A stretch of 64,000 nt of DNA from Endomicrobiales bacterium (GTDB taxonomy: Bacteria > Elusimicrobiota > Endomicrobiia > Endomicrobiales > JALOBY01): the NCBI GenBank assembly GCA_963796955.1, contig CAWCNJ010000007.1:1-64000 (forward strand), read 5' to 3'. Of the stretch, positions 9,319-17,636 are shown in pieces. The position numbers and the translations under genes are program-made. The notes beneath the pieces were generated by a model. That model did not search any database and was not told where the DNA came from. It saw only the letters and a program-made list of their open reading frames with translations. Every line of letters starts with the position of its first letter. Within the stretch, counting starts at the first letter, position 1.

Positions 9319-9335
9319 AAATCCCTCCCCCTCCG
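9319..9335 (+). repeat. 17-bp direct repeat of the tRNA-Ser 3' end (att-like)
   Basis: aaatccctccccctccg is identical to 9167-9183. Confidence 0.9.
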
Positions 9336-9462
9336 ACCGAGCGTCCTGTGCCGCCGATGGTGTTTAGCGGCGAGCACTGCGAGGGAGTCCCCGAAGGGGG
9401 CGCCTCAAAGAAAGGGATTTGAAAATTGAACAACGGAAGTTAGGAAGCAATAAAGGATTTGA

Positions 9463-10149
9463 ATGCTGATTTCAATCGTTATTCCTATTTTCAACGAAGA
9501 AAGAACCATTGAACAGCTGCTGACGAATGTTTTAAAACAACCGGAAGTTCATGAGATCATAGCTGTTGATGATGGTTCCACCGACGGAAGTTTGTCTATA
9601 TTAAGAAAGATCGCGGCAAAAGAAAGCAGAATAAAATGTTGCGTTTTAAAGAAAAATGCCGGTAAGGGAAGCGCGGTAACCGAGGGTCTTAAACACGTTA
9701 CCGGTGAAATTGTCATTATGCAGGACGCAGATCTGGAATATAACCCGCAAGATTATCCCCGCCTTATAGAACCTTTTAATGATCCAAAGATAAATGTCGT
9801 TTATGGTTCCCGTTTATTGGGCAAAGGCAACAATATATCCTGCCTTTCGTTCGCAATTGGCGGAATGATGCTCACCGTAATCACAGATTTGCTGTACTTC
9901 GCACACATCACCGATGAACCGACCGGGTACAAGGTTTTTAGGAAAAAGATACTCGATGGAGTAAAATTAGAAAGCAGAGGTTTTGAATTCTGTCCCGAAG
10001 TCACGGCAAAAATATTACGGCAAGGTATAAAAATACACGAAGTACCAATATCCTACTCGCCGCGAGGAATAGCAGACGGAAAAAAAATACGGCTCAGCGA
10101 TGGTATTATCGCTATTTGGACACTCTTAAAATATCGGTTCGTAAAGTGA
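9463..10149 (+). CDS. Glycosyltransferase family 2 (polyprenol-phosphate sugar synthase / DPM1-like)
   Basis: SIVIPIFNE, VDDGSTDGS, NAGKGSAV, QDADLEY, VYGSR, EVPISY. Confidence 0.93.
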   Translation: MLISIVIPIFNEERTIEQLLTNVLKQPEVHEIIAVDDGSTDGSLSILRKIAAKESRIKCCVLKKNAGKGSAVTEGLKHVTGEIVIMQDADLEYNPQDYPRLIEPFNDPKINVVYGSRLLGKGNNISCLSFAIGGMMLTVITDLLYFAHITDEPTGYKVFRKKILDGVKLESRGFEFCPEVTAKILRQGIKIHEVPISYSPRGIADGKKIRLSDGIIAIWTLLKYRFVK

Positions 10150-11546
10150 AAACGGCTGAAGTTCTGTTAATAGACCCGCCATGGATCATTCATTCTTCTA
10201 AAAATGTCTGGAAGAATATAGGAAGTTGTCTTCCTAGCCTTGGGATCGCATATATAGCCGCATACATCGAAAAACATGGACACTCAGTTGAGATAATAGA
10301 TTGTACCGCTGAAAAAATTGGCCTTGAGGAGCTGAAAAGATATTTTACCAATCATGAACCACCACGTTTCGTCGGTATCACATCAACCACTCCTTTAATA
10401 ACAAGCGCACTTAAGATCGCCGAGCTCGCAAAGGTACATTTCCCTAAGGCTATAGTCGTTATGGGAGGTGTGCATCCGACTGTCCTTCCTGAAGATGTAC
10501 TAAATAATAATTCTGTTGATGTTGTGGTGCGCGGCGAAGGGGAAGAAACATTCCTTGAAATATTGAAGGGCACAGATATAAAAGACACCCTCGGCATCTC
10601 ATATAGAAGCTCCGGCAAGATAATTCATAATCCCGACAGGCCCCTGATAAAAGACATTGATTGTATCCCTCCGCCGTCATACCACCTTTTGCCAATGAAA
10701 AAGTATTACCCGGCGACAGGCTCCTACAGACGGCTTCCAGCCATGAGTATTTTCGCTACGCGCGGTTGTATGGGGCGCTGCACTTTCTGCTACAGGACGT
10801 TTTTCGGCAAAGTCCGCAGGCGCTCGGCGCAGAATATATTCGAAGAGGTGATCATGCTGTACAATGAGTATGGCATCAAGGAAATAGCATTTTATGACGA
10901 CTCTTTTACTGCTTTTAAAGACAATGTAATGGCGTTCTGCGGGCTGCTTAAGGCAGCCAAGATAAATCTGAGCTGGTCATGCTTTACTCGCGCGGATCTG
11001 ATTGATGAAGCGCTCCTGAAGGAAATGAAGTCCGCTGGCTGCCACCTTGTAATGTTTGGTGTCGAAAGTGCCGATGAGAAGATACTGAAAAGCATAAATA
11101 AAGGAATGTCTCTTGAGGATGTGAAGACTGCCGTCAGGCTCGCGCGCAAATACGGCATTAATACGCGGGCATCTTTTATGATTGGTAATCAAGGGGAAAC
11201 CGAGGAAAGCGTGAAGCGCACGATCAATTTTGCGATCGAACTTGACACTGACCAGGTTCATTTTAACATCGCGACCGCCTATCCCGGAACAGAACTTTAT
11301 GTTTGGGCGAAGAATAATAATTATTTGGTGAACTCTTCCTGGGACGATATGAACATGTCTCATAATAACCTCAAATTGCCTGGAATTTCGCAGGAAAAAG
11401 TTGAGTACTATTATAAATTGGCACATAACAGTTTTTATTTGAGGCCTAAAATTATACTGAGAAGGCTTTTAAATGTAAGTTCTCTCGAACAGTTTATATC
11501 GGAAATTAGAGGGTTTTTTGCGATCTTGAAAGTTTTCGGTAAATAA
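10146..11546 (+). CDS. B12-binding radical SAM protein
   Basis: PSLGIAYIAA, GGVHPT, VRGEGEET, CxxxCxxC (RGCMGRCTFC), FGVES, YPGTELY. GTG start overlaps the GT2 stop. Confidence 0.92.
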   Translation: MKTAEVLLIDPPWIIHSSKNVWKNIGSCLPSLGIAYIAAYIEKHGHSVEIIDCTAEKIGLEELKRYFTNHEPPRFVGITSTTPLITSALKIAELAKVHFPKAIVVMGGVHPTVLPEDVLNNNSVDVVVRGEGEETFLEILKGTDIKDTLGISYRSSGKIIHNPDRPLIKDIDCIPPPSYHLLPMKKYYPATGSYRRLPAMSIFATRGCMGRCTFCYRTFFGKVRRRSAQNIFEEVIMLYNEYGIKEIAFYDDSFTAFKDNVMAFCGLLKAAKINLSWSCFTRADLIDEALLKEMKSAGCHLVMFGVESADEKILKSINKGMSLEDVKTAVRLARKYGINTRASFMIGNQGETEESVKRTINFAIELDTDQVHFNIATAYPGTELYVWAKNNNYLVNSSWDDMNMSHNNLKLPGISQEKVEYYYKLAHNSFYLRPKIILRRLLNVSSLEQFISEIRGFFAILKVFGK

Positions 11547-11553
11547 GGAAATT

Positions 11554-13380
11554 ATGAAGGAGAAATCCCGCTACTTCTATTATTCCTCGATGGCTCTAAT
11601 TTTTGTTTATATGGCTTCAAGAACATGGTGCCGGCTTGGAAACCTGATAATTGACACTTTCAGAGATCAGATCGCCGCCTATAAGCTGGCGCACGGCGCA
11701 ATCTTGTATAAAGACGTTTACTATTTGTTCGGGCTTTTACCACCCTACCTCTTGGCACTGCTTAATATAGTTTTTGGCACAACGTTATATTGCTCAATGG
11801 GCCTTGGTTTTGCCATGGTATTAGCATGTTCATTCGCTATGTACCGAATATCGCGCTTTTATGTAAACCGCTTCTTTTCCACAGTAGTTGTGCTCAATTT
11901 TCTTGGATGTTTTGCGTTCAGTAATCTGGCCGGCGGCATAGGCAATTTTATCATGCCCTACTCTTTGGCGTCATACCTGGCCATAACCTTTACGATGCTG
12001 GCGTCGTATTTCTTTATCTGTTTTATACACAAAGGAAATCGGCGTGACCTTGCATTGTGGGCTCTTATGGCGTATCTTACTTTCCTGTCCAGAATTTATA
12101 TTGGTATACCTACATACGCGTTTTTTTTATTCTTCGGAGTAATTCATAAGCGAAAACGTATACTAGAAACATTGCCATTATTTTTGTTTCCAATGGTCGT
12201 CACCCTGCTGACCTATGCGGCTTATCTAATCACCACTGGCTCATGGCATGCATTTCAAGGGTCTGTGTTGAGTATGTTCTTTTACGAAGGAAGTGGTGTC
12301 GACCCGTTTGCCAAAATTAACATGGGCCTTCTTGCTATAGGAGAGGGACATGAAATAGTAAACGTATTTGCAAAAAATGTATTCGTTATGTTCAAGATGT
12401 TCTTTGGCCAGATAATTACCATGAGTGTTTTGTATTTAGCCGGTTTATTGTTTGCTGTAAATGAAAACTTCTTTGGCGTAGAAAATTGGAAAAAGAGATC
12501 TATATATTCTTTATACATAATTGTTAGTATTTTTGTCGTTTATTCTTTGCTCCCGCATGAGGGGATGAAGGTAGTTTCACTGACCTACAGATCCGCCCCG
12601 TTAATACTGTTTTCGTCTATCATATTGATAGTATGGATGTATCTTAAAAATGGCTACCAGAGCCGCTATTACTCTGCCATGGTTTTGTGCGCTACATCAC
12701 TCATGCTTTTGGCAAGGGTATTCTTTACTGTAGGAACGAATGGCTATGGCAATTATTTGGCGCTCCCGGCATCGATTGCCATGATCCTGTTCTTTGTTTT
12801 GGGGATCCCTCTGATTTTTAACGAACTAGGTGTAGCTAATACAGGGCGTAAGTTTTATTTTATAGCGTGCGCTGTATATTTCATTATTAATATTTCAGTC
12901 TTCATGAAAGAAACCTTTATAAATACTAACTTCAGGCAGCATTGCGAACATACTTCATTTGGTAAAATGTATTCGTCAAATTCAGGGACTACGAAATTTT
13001 TCTGGCAGACAGTGCGCTATATAGATAGTTTTACACCAAAAGATTCCACAGTTTTGGTAGTCCCGGAAGGATTTGGGATCAATTATTTTTCTCAAAGAGC
13101 AGCACCCATGAAGTATGATAATTACCTGCCTAGTCTTGTTAACAGAGTTGGAGAGGATGAAGTCGTAGCAGAATTGAGTGCCGGTAATATCGATTATGTC
13201 GTTGAGATGCAAAGGACATCGTACGAACACGGCTATTCCAGTTTCGGGCATGATTATGGCTCTAAAATTAGACAATGGATCATTGCAAATTATGTTTTGA
13301 TCAGGCAGTTCGGTAACACTCCATTTGATGGGTCAGATCTTCCCGGTATAATGATATTTAAGAAAAAATATGAAAGATAA
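11554..13380 (+). CDS. Polytopic GT-C-like (ArnT/PMT-like) membrane protein, paralog 1
   Basis: Many TM helices; IDTFRD acidic loop after TM1; G-x-x-LYKD; soluble C-terminus with VVPEG.GINYFS. Confidence 0.65.
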   Translation: MKEKSRYFYYSSMALIFVYMASRTWCRLGNLIIDTFRDQIAAYKLAHGAILYKDVYYLFGLLPPYLLALLNIVFGTTLYCSMGLGFAMVLACSFAMYRISRFYVNRFFSTVVVLNFLGCFAFSNLAGGIGNFIMPYSLASYLAITFTMLASYFFICFIHKGNRRDLALWALMAYLTFLSRIYIGIPTYAFFLFFGVIHKRKRILETLPLFLFPMVVTLLTYAAYLITTGSWHAFQGSVLSMFFYEGSGVDPFAKINMGLLAIGEGHEIVNVFAKNVFVMFKMFFGQIITMSVLYLAGLLFAVNENFFGVENWKKRSIYSLYIIVSIFVVYSLLPHEGMKVVSLTYRSAPLILFSSIILIVWMYLKNGYQSRYYSAMVLCATSLMLLARVFFTVGTNGYGNYLALPASIAMILFFVLGIPLIFNELGVANTGRKFYFIACAVYFIINISVFMKETFINTNFRQHCEHTSFGKMYSSNSGTTKFFWQTVRYIDSFTPKDSTVLVVPEGFGINYFSQRAAPMKYDNYLPSLVNRVGEDEVVAELSAGNIDYVVEMQRTSYEHGYSSFGHDYGSKIRQWIIANYVLIRQFGNTPFDGSDLPGIMIFKKKYER

Positions 13381-15202
13381 ATCCAAATATTTGTATTATG
13401 GAACTATCATAGCCACCTTCTGTCTCATGGCTACACGAACCTGGTGTCGCCTGGGCAATCTTCTGATAGACACCTTCAGAGACAATATTTCCGCCATTAA
13501 ACTTGCGCACGGCGCTATCTTATACAAAGATGTGTACTACCTATTCGGCATATTGCCCCCGTATCTCCTTTCTTTACTGAACATGGCTTTTGGCACTTCT
13601 TTATATTGCTCCATTGGTCTTGGTTTTGTCATGGTCTTGTTATGCTCTTTCGCTATGTACCGTACATCCCGGTTTTATATGAACCGATTCTTTTCAACAC
13701 TGGTAGTGGTCAACTTCATTGGTTGTTTTGCCTTTAGCAGTATATCCAATGGGACTTTAAACTTCATAATGCCCTACTCGCTTGCCTCTTACCTTGCCAC
13801 AACCTTCACGATGCTGTCACTGTATTATTTCATCAGTTATATTCACACTGAAAACAGGAGCGACCTTGCTTTATGGGCTGTAATGTCATATTTTACGTTT
13901 CTCTCGCGCATTTATATAGGTATACCAGCGTATGTTGTGTTCTTACTGTTTGGCGTTATCTTTGATCGCAAACGTATTTTCAACACATTGCCTTATCTTC
14001 TTGCCCCTCCGCTGATCGCAGTGATAACTTATATGGCGTATCTTATACCGACAGGCGCGTGGCAAGCCTTTAAAGAATCCGTGCTGCGCATGTTCTTTTA
14101 CGAAGGCAGCGGGGCGGATCCGTTCGCCAAATTTAACATTGGGATGCTGGCGATAGGGCCGGATAAGATAATGTATAATTCTTTAGCCCATAATATATAT
14201 TTGATGTTTAAAATGTATTTTAGTCAGATAATTACTATGGCTATGCTGTATTGCGCGGGTATATTATTCTCAGTCGTTGATGAAAGGACAGGCGGGGAGG
14301 GTAAAAGAAAGGTTCTTCTCTATTCTGTGTTCGCGCTTTTAAGCATCTGTTTAACAGCCTGTCTGCGGCCTCTTGACGGGTTACCCTTTAAGGATGGCGT
14401 GTTGTGGCTAACGTACAGGTCTGCGCCGCTTATCCTGGTTTCAATGATCGCTATAAGCGTGTATATGTATTTCAAAAATGGCAGCCGGCGTCAGTATTAT
14501 TCGACTATGGTTTTGTGCACTCTCGCACTTCTGCTTTTATCACGAATATTTTTCAAAGTAACCACCTTCTTGAATGGCAGTTATTTGTTGCTTCCTTCAA
14601 CAATAGTCATAGTCCTGTTCTGTGTAGCGGGGATCCCGTGGATATTCAAAGTGTCTGGTATCACTGGCAAAGGTGAGAAGTATTATTTCATCGGTTGCGC
14701 TATATATTTTGTGTCGAGTATTTTAATTTTCATGAATATAACCTTTAAAATTTGCGACTCAAAGCGGCATTGTGAGCATACTCCGTTTGGAACAGTTTAT
14801 TCGCCAAATTCAGGAAATACCAAATTCTTCTGGCAGGCTGTGCGTTATCTCGATAATTTTACACCGAAAGATGCCACGGTTCTGGTAGTTCCGGAAGGTC
14901 TTGGGATCAATTATTTTTCACAAAGGGCGGCACCCATGAAGTACGATAGTTACCTGCCGCTTATACTTAACACAGTCGGCGAAGATAAGATCGTCGGCGA
15001 GATGAGATCTCATAAAATAGATTATGTTGTCGAGATGGAAAGAACCACATACGAACACGGGTACAAAGGTTTTGGCTGCGATTATGGCGTTAAAATTAAT
15101 AAGTGGATTACGGACAATTACGTTTTAGTCGAGCAATTCGGCTATACCCCTTTCGCGGGGACAGATCTGCCCGGGATATTGATCCTCCAGAGAAAATCGT
15201 GA
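13370..15202 (+). CDS. GT-C-like membrane protein, paralog 2
   Basis: Clearly paralogous to 11554..13380 (RTWCRLGNL.IDTFRD, PYSLASYLA, SQRAAPMKYD). Confidence 0.65.
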   Translation: MKDKSKYLYYGTIIATFCLMATRTWCRLGNLLIDTFRDNISAIKLAHGAILYKDVYYLFGILPPYLLSLLNMAFGTSLYCSIGLGFVMVLLCSFAMYRTSRFYMNRFFSTLVVVNFIGCFAFSSISNGTLNFIMPYSLASYLATTFTMLSLYYFISYIHTENRSDLALWAVMSYFTFLSRIYIGIPAYVVFLLFGVIFDRKRIFNTLPYLLAPPLIAVITYMAYLIPTGAWQAFKESVLRMFFYEGSGADPFAKFNIGMLAIGPDKIMYNSLAHNIYLMFKMYFSQIITMAMLYCAGILFSVVDERTGGEGKRKVLLYSVFALLSICLTACLRPLDGLPFKDGVLWLTYRSAPLILVSMIAISVYMYFKNGSRRQYYSTMVLCTLALLLLSRIFFKVTTFLNGSYLLLPSTIVIVLFCVAGIPWIFKVSGITGKGEKYYFIGCAIYFVSSILIFMNITFKICDSKRHCEHTPFGTVYSPNSGNTKFFWQAVRYLDNFTPKDATVLVVPEGLGINYFSQRAAPMKYDSYLPLILNTVGEDKIVGEMRSHKIDYVVEMERTTYEHGYKGFGCDYGVKINKWITDNYVLVEQFGYTPFAGTDLPGILILQRKS

Positions 15203-17085
15203 ACAAAAATTCAAAGTACCTCTATTTCTTATCGGTCGTTTCAATTTTTATTTTCATGGCCATAAAAATGTGGGGCAGGTTTGGGAACCTCCTTATTGAT
15301 ACTTTCAGAGACCAAATAGTTGCTGAGAAAGTATCGCATGGTTTGACTTTATATAAAGAGGTCTACTATCTGTTCGGCGTGCTTCCATCCTATATTTTAG
15401 CATTGCTTAAGATGATATTCGGGACAAGTTTGTATTGCTCTTACGGGCTGGGTTTAGTCATGATCGCGGTCTGTTCGCTTGCGATGTATGGCTTGGCCCG
15501 ATTTTATTTAACTCGTTTCTTCTCGACTCTCCTGATCATTAATTTCCTGTCAGTCTTTGCTTTTAATGATTTACAACATAATGGATTATTTAATTTTGTT
15601 CTGCCATACTCGCTTGCGTCATATCTGGCCATAACATTTGTACTTTTATCGTTATATTTTTATGTTAGATTTGTGCATATTGAAGATTATAAAGATCTGA
15701 TGTATTGGTCTATTATGGTTTATCTCACATTTCTATCTCGTGTATATATAGGGACGCCAGTTTATATTGTATATTTTGTTTCTTGCTGTATCTTTGAGCG
15801 TAAACGATTTTCAAAGGTCTTGCCTTACATACTGGCACCTGTTGTGCTTTCCGTATTAACATACGCGGCTTACCTGCTTCCAACCGGAGCATGGCCTGAT
15901 TTTCGCGAATCGGTTATTGGTGTATTCCTCCTCAATGTGAAGGGAGGCGATCCGTTCGCCAGCCTTGTGCTTGGGACTATCAGTCTTCGGGCGCCTGACA
16001 TGGCGGTTATAAATACTTTGCGCCCCAATATTATTACAATGGTCAAAGTATATTTTTCTCAGGTTAGCACTATGTGTTTATTGTTTTACCTGGGTATGAT
16101 GTGTTCCCGCGGGGGGACGTGGAGCAATAGGGCCGCCTGGAGAAAGATCTCGTTGTATTTGGCTTATGCCATTACAAGTGTATTCGTGATATCGTGGCTG
16201 AGACTCAATGACAGCTCTTTGAGGATCATTTCCACGCCGACGGTGACCATACCTATGCGTTTATTGTCTTCACCAGACCATAGGATCCTTCAACTCACGT
16301 ATAACTCAACACCTCTCATACTTTTTTCTTTTATCGTTCTGTCGGCCTGGTTATATTTTAAAAAAGATTTTGAACGGACTTTTTACACAATTATAGTTAT
16401 TTGTGCTATTTCATTAGTGCTGGTTTTTCGTATATTCTTTAAAGTTGAGCCGTACGTATATGGTAATTACCTTTTAGTTCCTGGTTCGATAGCAATTTTC
16501 ATATTTTTTGTGAAAGGGATACCATGGTTCATGAATGCTTGTGGCCTGGAAAGCAAAAATACCAGGTTTTACTTTATTGCTTGCGCAATATATTTTATAA
16601 CAAATGCCTTTGTGTTTATGAGGTGGAACATTTACGGTGCAAATAAGCAGATGCGTTGCGAACGCACCGAACAAGGGATAGTTTGTTTGCAATCGAGGGG
16701 CTATACTGAATATTTCTGGGAGGCTGTTCGATATATACATGATTTCACGCCTAAGGATTCCACAGTTTTGGTTGTTCCCGAAGGCGTGGGCATCAATTAT
16801 TTTTCAAAACGAGCGGCGCCAATGAGATACGATGAATATTTGCCCAATATCATCAACAGTGTCGGCGAAGACAAAATTGTCAAAGAGTTGAATTCTCAAA
16901 AAATAGATTATGTTGTCGAGATCCAAAGAACCACCTATGAGCACGGTTACACGCGATTCGGTTTTGATTATGGGGCTAAAATCAAAAAATGGCTGGTAGA
17001 AAGATATGTCGTGGACAAACAGATCGGACATACCCCTTTTGACGGGTCGAACTTGGCCGGCATAGTAATATACAAGAGAAAATAA
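15199..17085 (+). CDS. GT-C-like membrane protein, paralog 3
   Basis: Same motifs. GTG at 15199 (NKNSKYLYF) aligns with the paralog N-termini and overlaps the previous stop. Confidence 0.65.
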   Translation: MNKNSKYLYFLSVVSIFIFMAIKMWGRFGNLLIDTFRDQIVAEKVSHGLTLYKEVYYLFGVLPSYILALLKMIFGTSLYCSYGLGLVMIAVCSLAMYGLARFYLTRFFSTLLIINFLSVFAFNDLQHNGLFNFVLPYSLASYLAITFVLLSLYFYVRFVHIEDYKDLMYWSIMVYLTFLSRVYIGTPVYIVYFVSCCIFERKRFSKVLPYILAPVVLSVLTYAAYLLPTGAWPDFRESVIGVFLLNVKGGDPFASLVLGTISLRAPDMAVINTLRPNIITMVKVYFSQVSTMCLLFYLGMMCSRGGTWSNRAAWRKISLYLAYAITSVFVISWLRLNDSSLRIISTPTVTIPMRLLSSPDHRILQLTYNSTPLILFSFIVLSAWLYFKKDFERTFYTIIVICAISLVLVFRIFFKVEPYVYGNYLLVPGSIAIFIFFVKGIPWFMNACGLESKNTRFYFIACAIYFITNAFVFMRWNIYGANKQMRCERTEQGIVCLQSRGYTEYFWEAVRYIHDFTPKDSTVLVVPEGVGINYFSKRAAPMRYDEYLPNIINSVGEDKIVKELNSQKIDYVVEIQRTTYEHGYTRFGFDYGAKIKKWLVERYVVDKQIGHTPFDGSNLAGIVIYKRK

Positions 17086-17162
17086 TTATACCGTAGGAGC
17101 CTTATGAAGCGCGGATCGATTTTTTATGCCGCATTATCCGAAAAAAGTAAGAGAGGCTGAGC

Positions 17163-17633
17163 ATGCTGCCTGGAAGACACGTTGCAGCCTCCACAGTTGT
17201 TGCAGGTATTACCTACAGTTTAAACCATTCTTTGGCGATGGTCGCAGGAGTGTTTATCGGAGGGGTTCTGGTTGATCTGGATCATCTGCCGGATTACTGG
17301 CGGGAACATGGCTTTAGTATTAATATCGTGCATTTTATGGAAGTCTGCAATAATTATGGCCTGAGGCAAATATACTTACTATTCCATTCTTATGAGTTGT
17401 TGTTGGTCTCAATGGTTGTCGCTCTTTTTATGCACAGCTTGTTCATGTGGGGACTAGTTGCAGGCTATGCCTTGCACATGGCCCTTGATCAGGCCGGAAA
17501 TCACGCTGAACCTATGACCTATTTCTTGTTCTATCGCAGGAGCAAAAAGTTCCATCAGGCTTCATTACTTGAGATACCTGAGCATTTGAAAGAAAAACGT
17601 AAACAATATATGAGAGAAAGGAGAAGAAGATAA
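17163..17633 (+). CDS. Small membrane protein, probable metal-dependent hydrolase (YdjM-like)
   Basis: N-terminal H, DLDHL, FHSYE and LHMALD motifs between TM helices. Confidence 0.6.
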   Translation: MLPGRHVAASTVVAGITYSLNHSLAMVAGVFIGGVLVDLDHLPDYWREHGFSINIVHFMEVCNNYGLRQIYLLFHSYELLLVSMVVALFMHSLFMWGLVAGYALHMALDQAGNHAEPMTYFLFYRRSKKFHQASLLEIPEHLKEKRKQYMRERRRR

Positions 17634-17636
17634 TTT

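Noticed and set aside
9184..9464. CRISPR array or second tRNA
   Set aside because: Only a 17-bp tRNA 3' duplicate and 10-bp motifs; no regular repeat-spacer pattern, no cloverleaf, no cas genes.
9463..17633. Prophage or intact integrative element
   Set aside because: No integrase, transposase or phage genes, and no distal att copy was seen.
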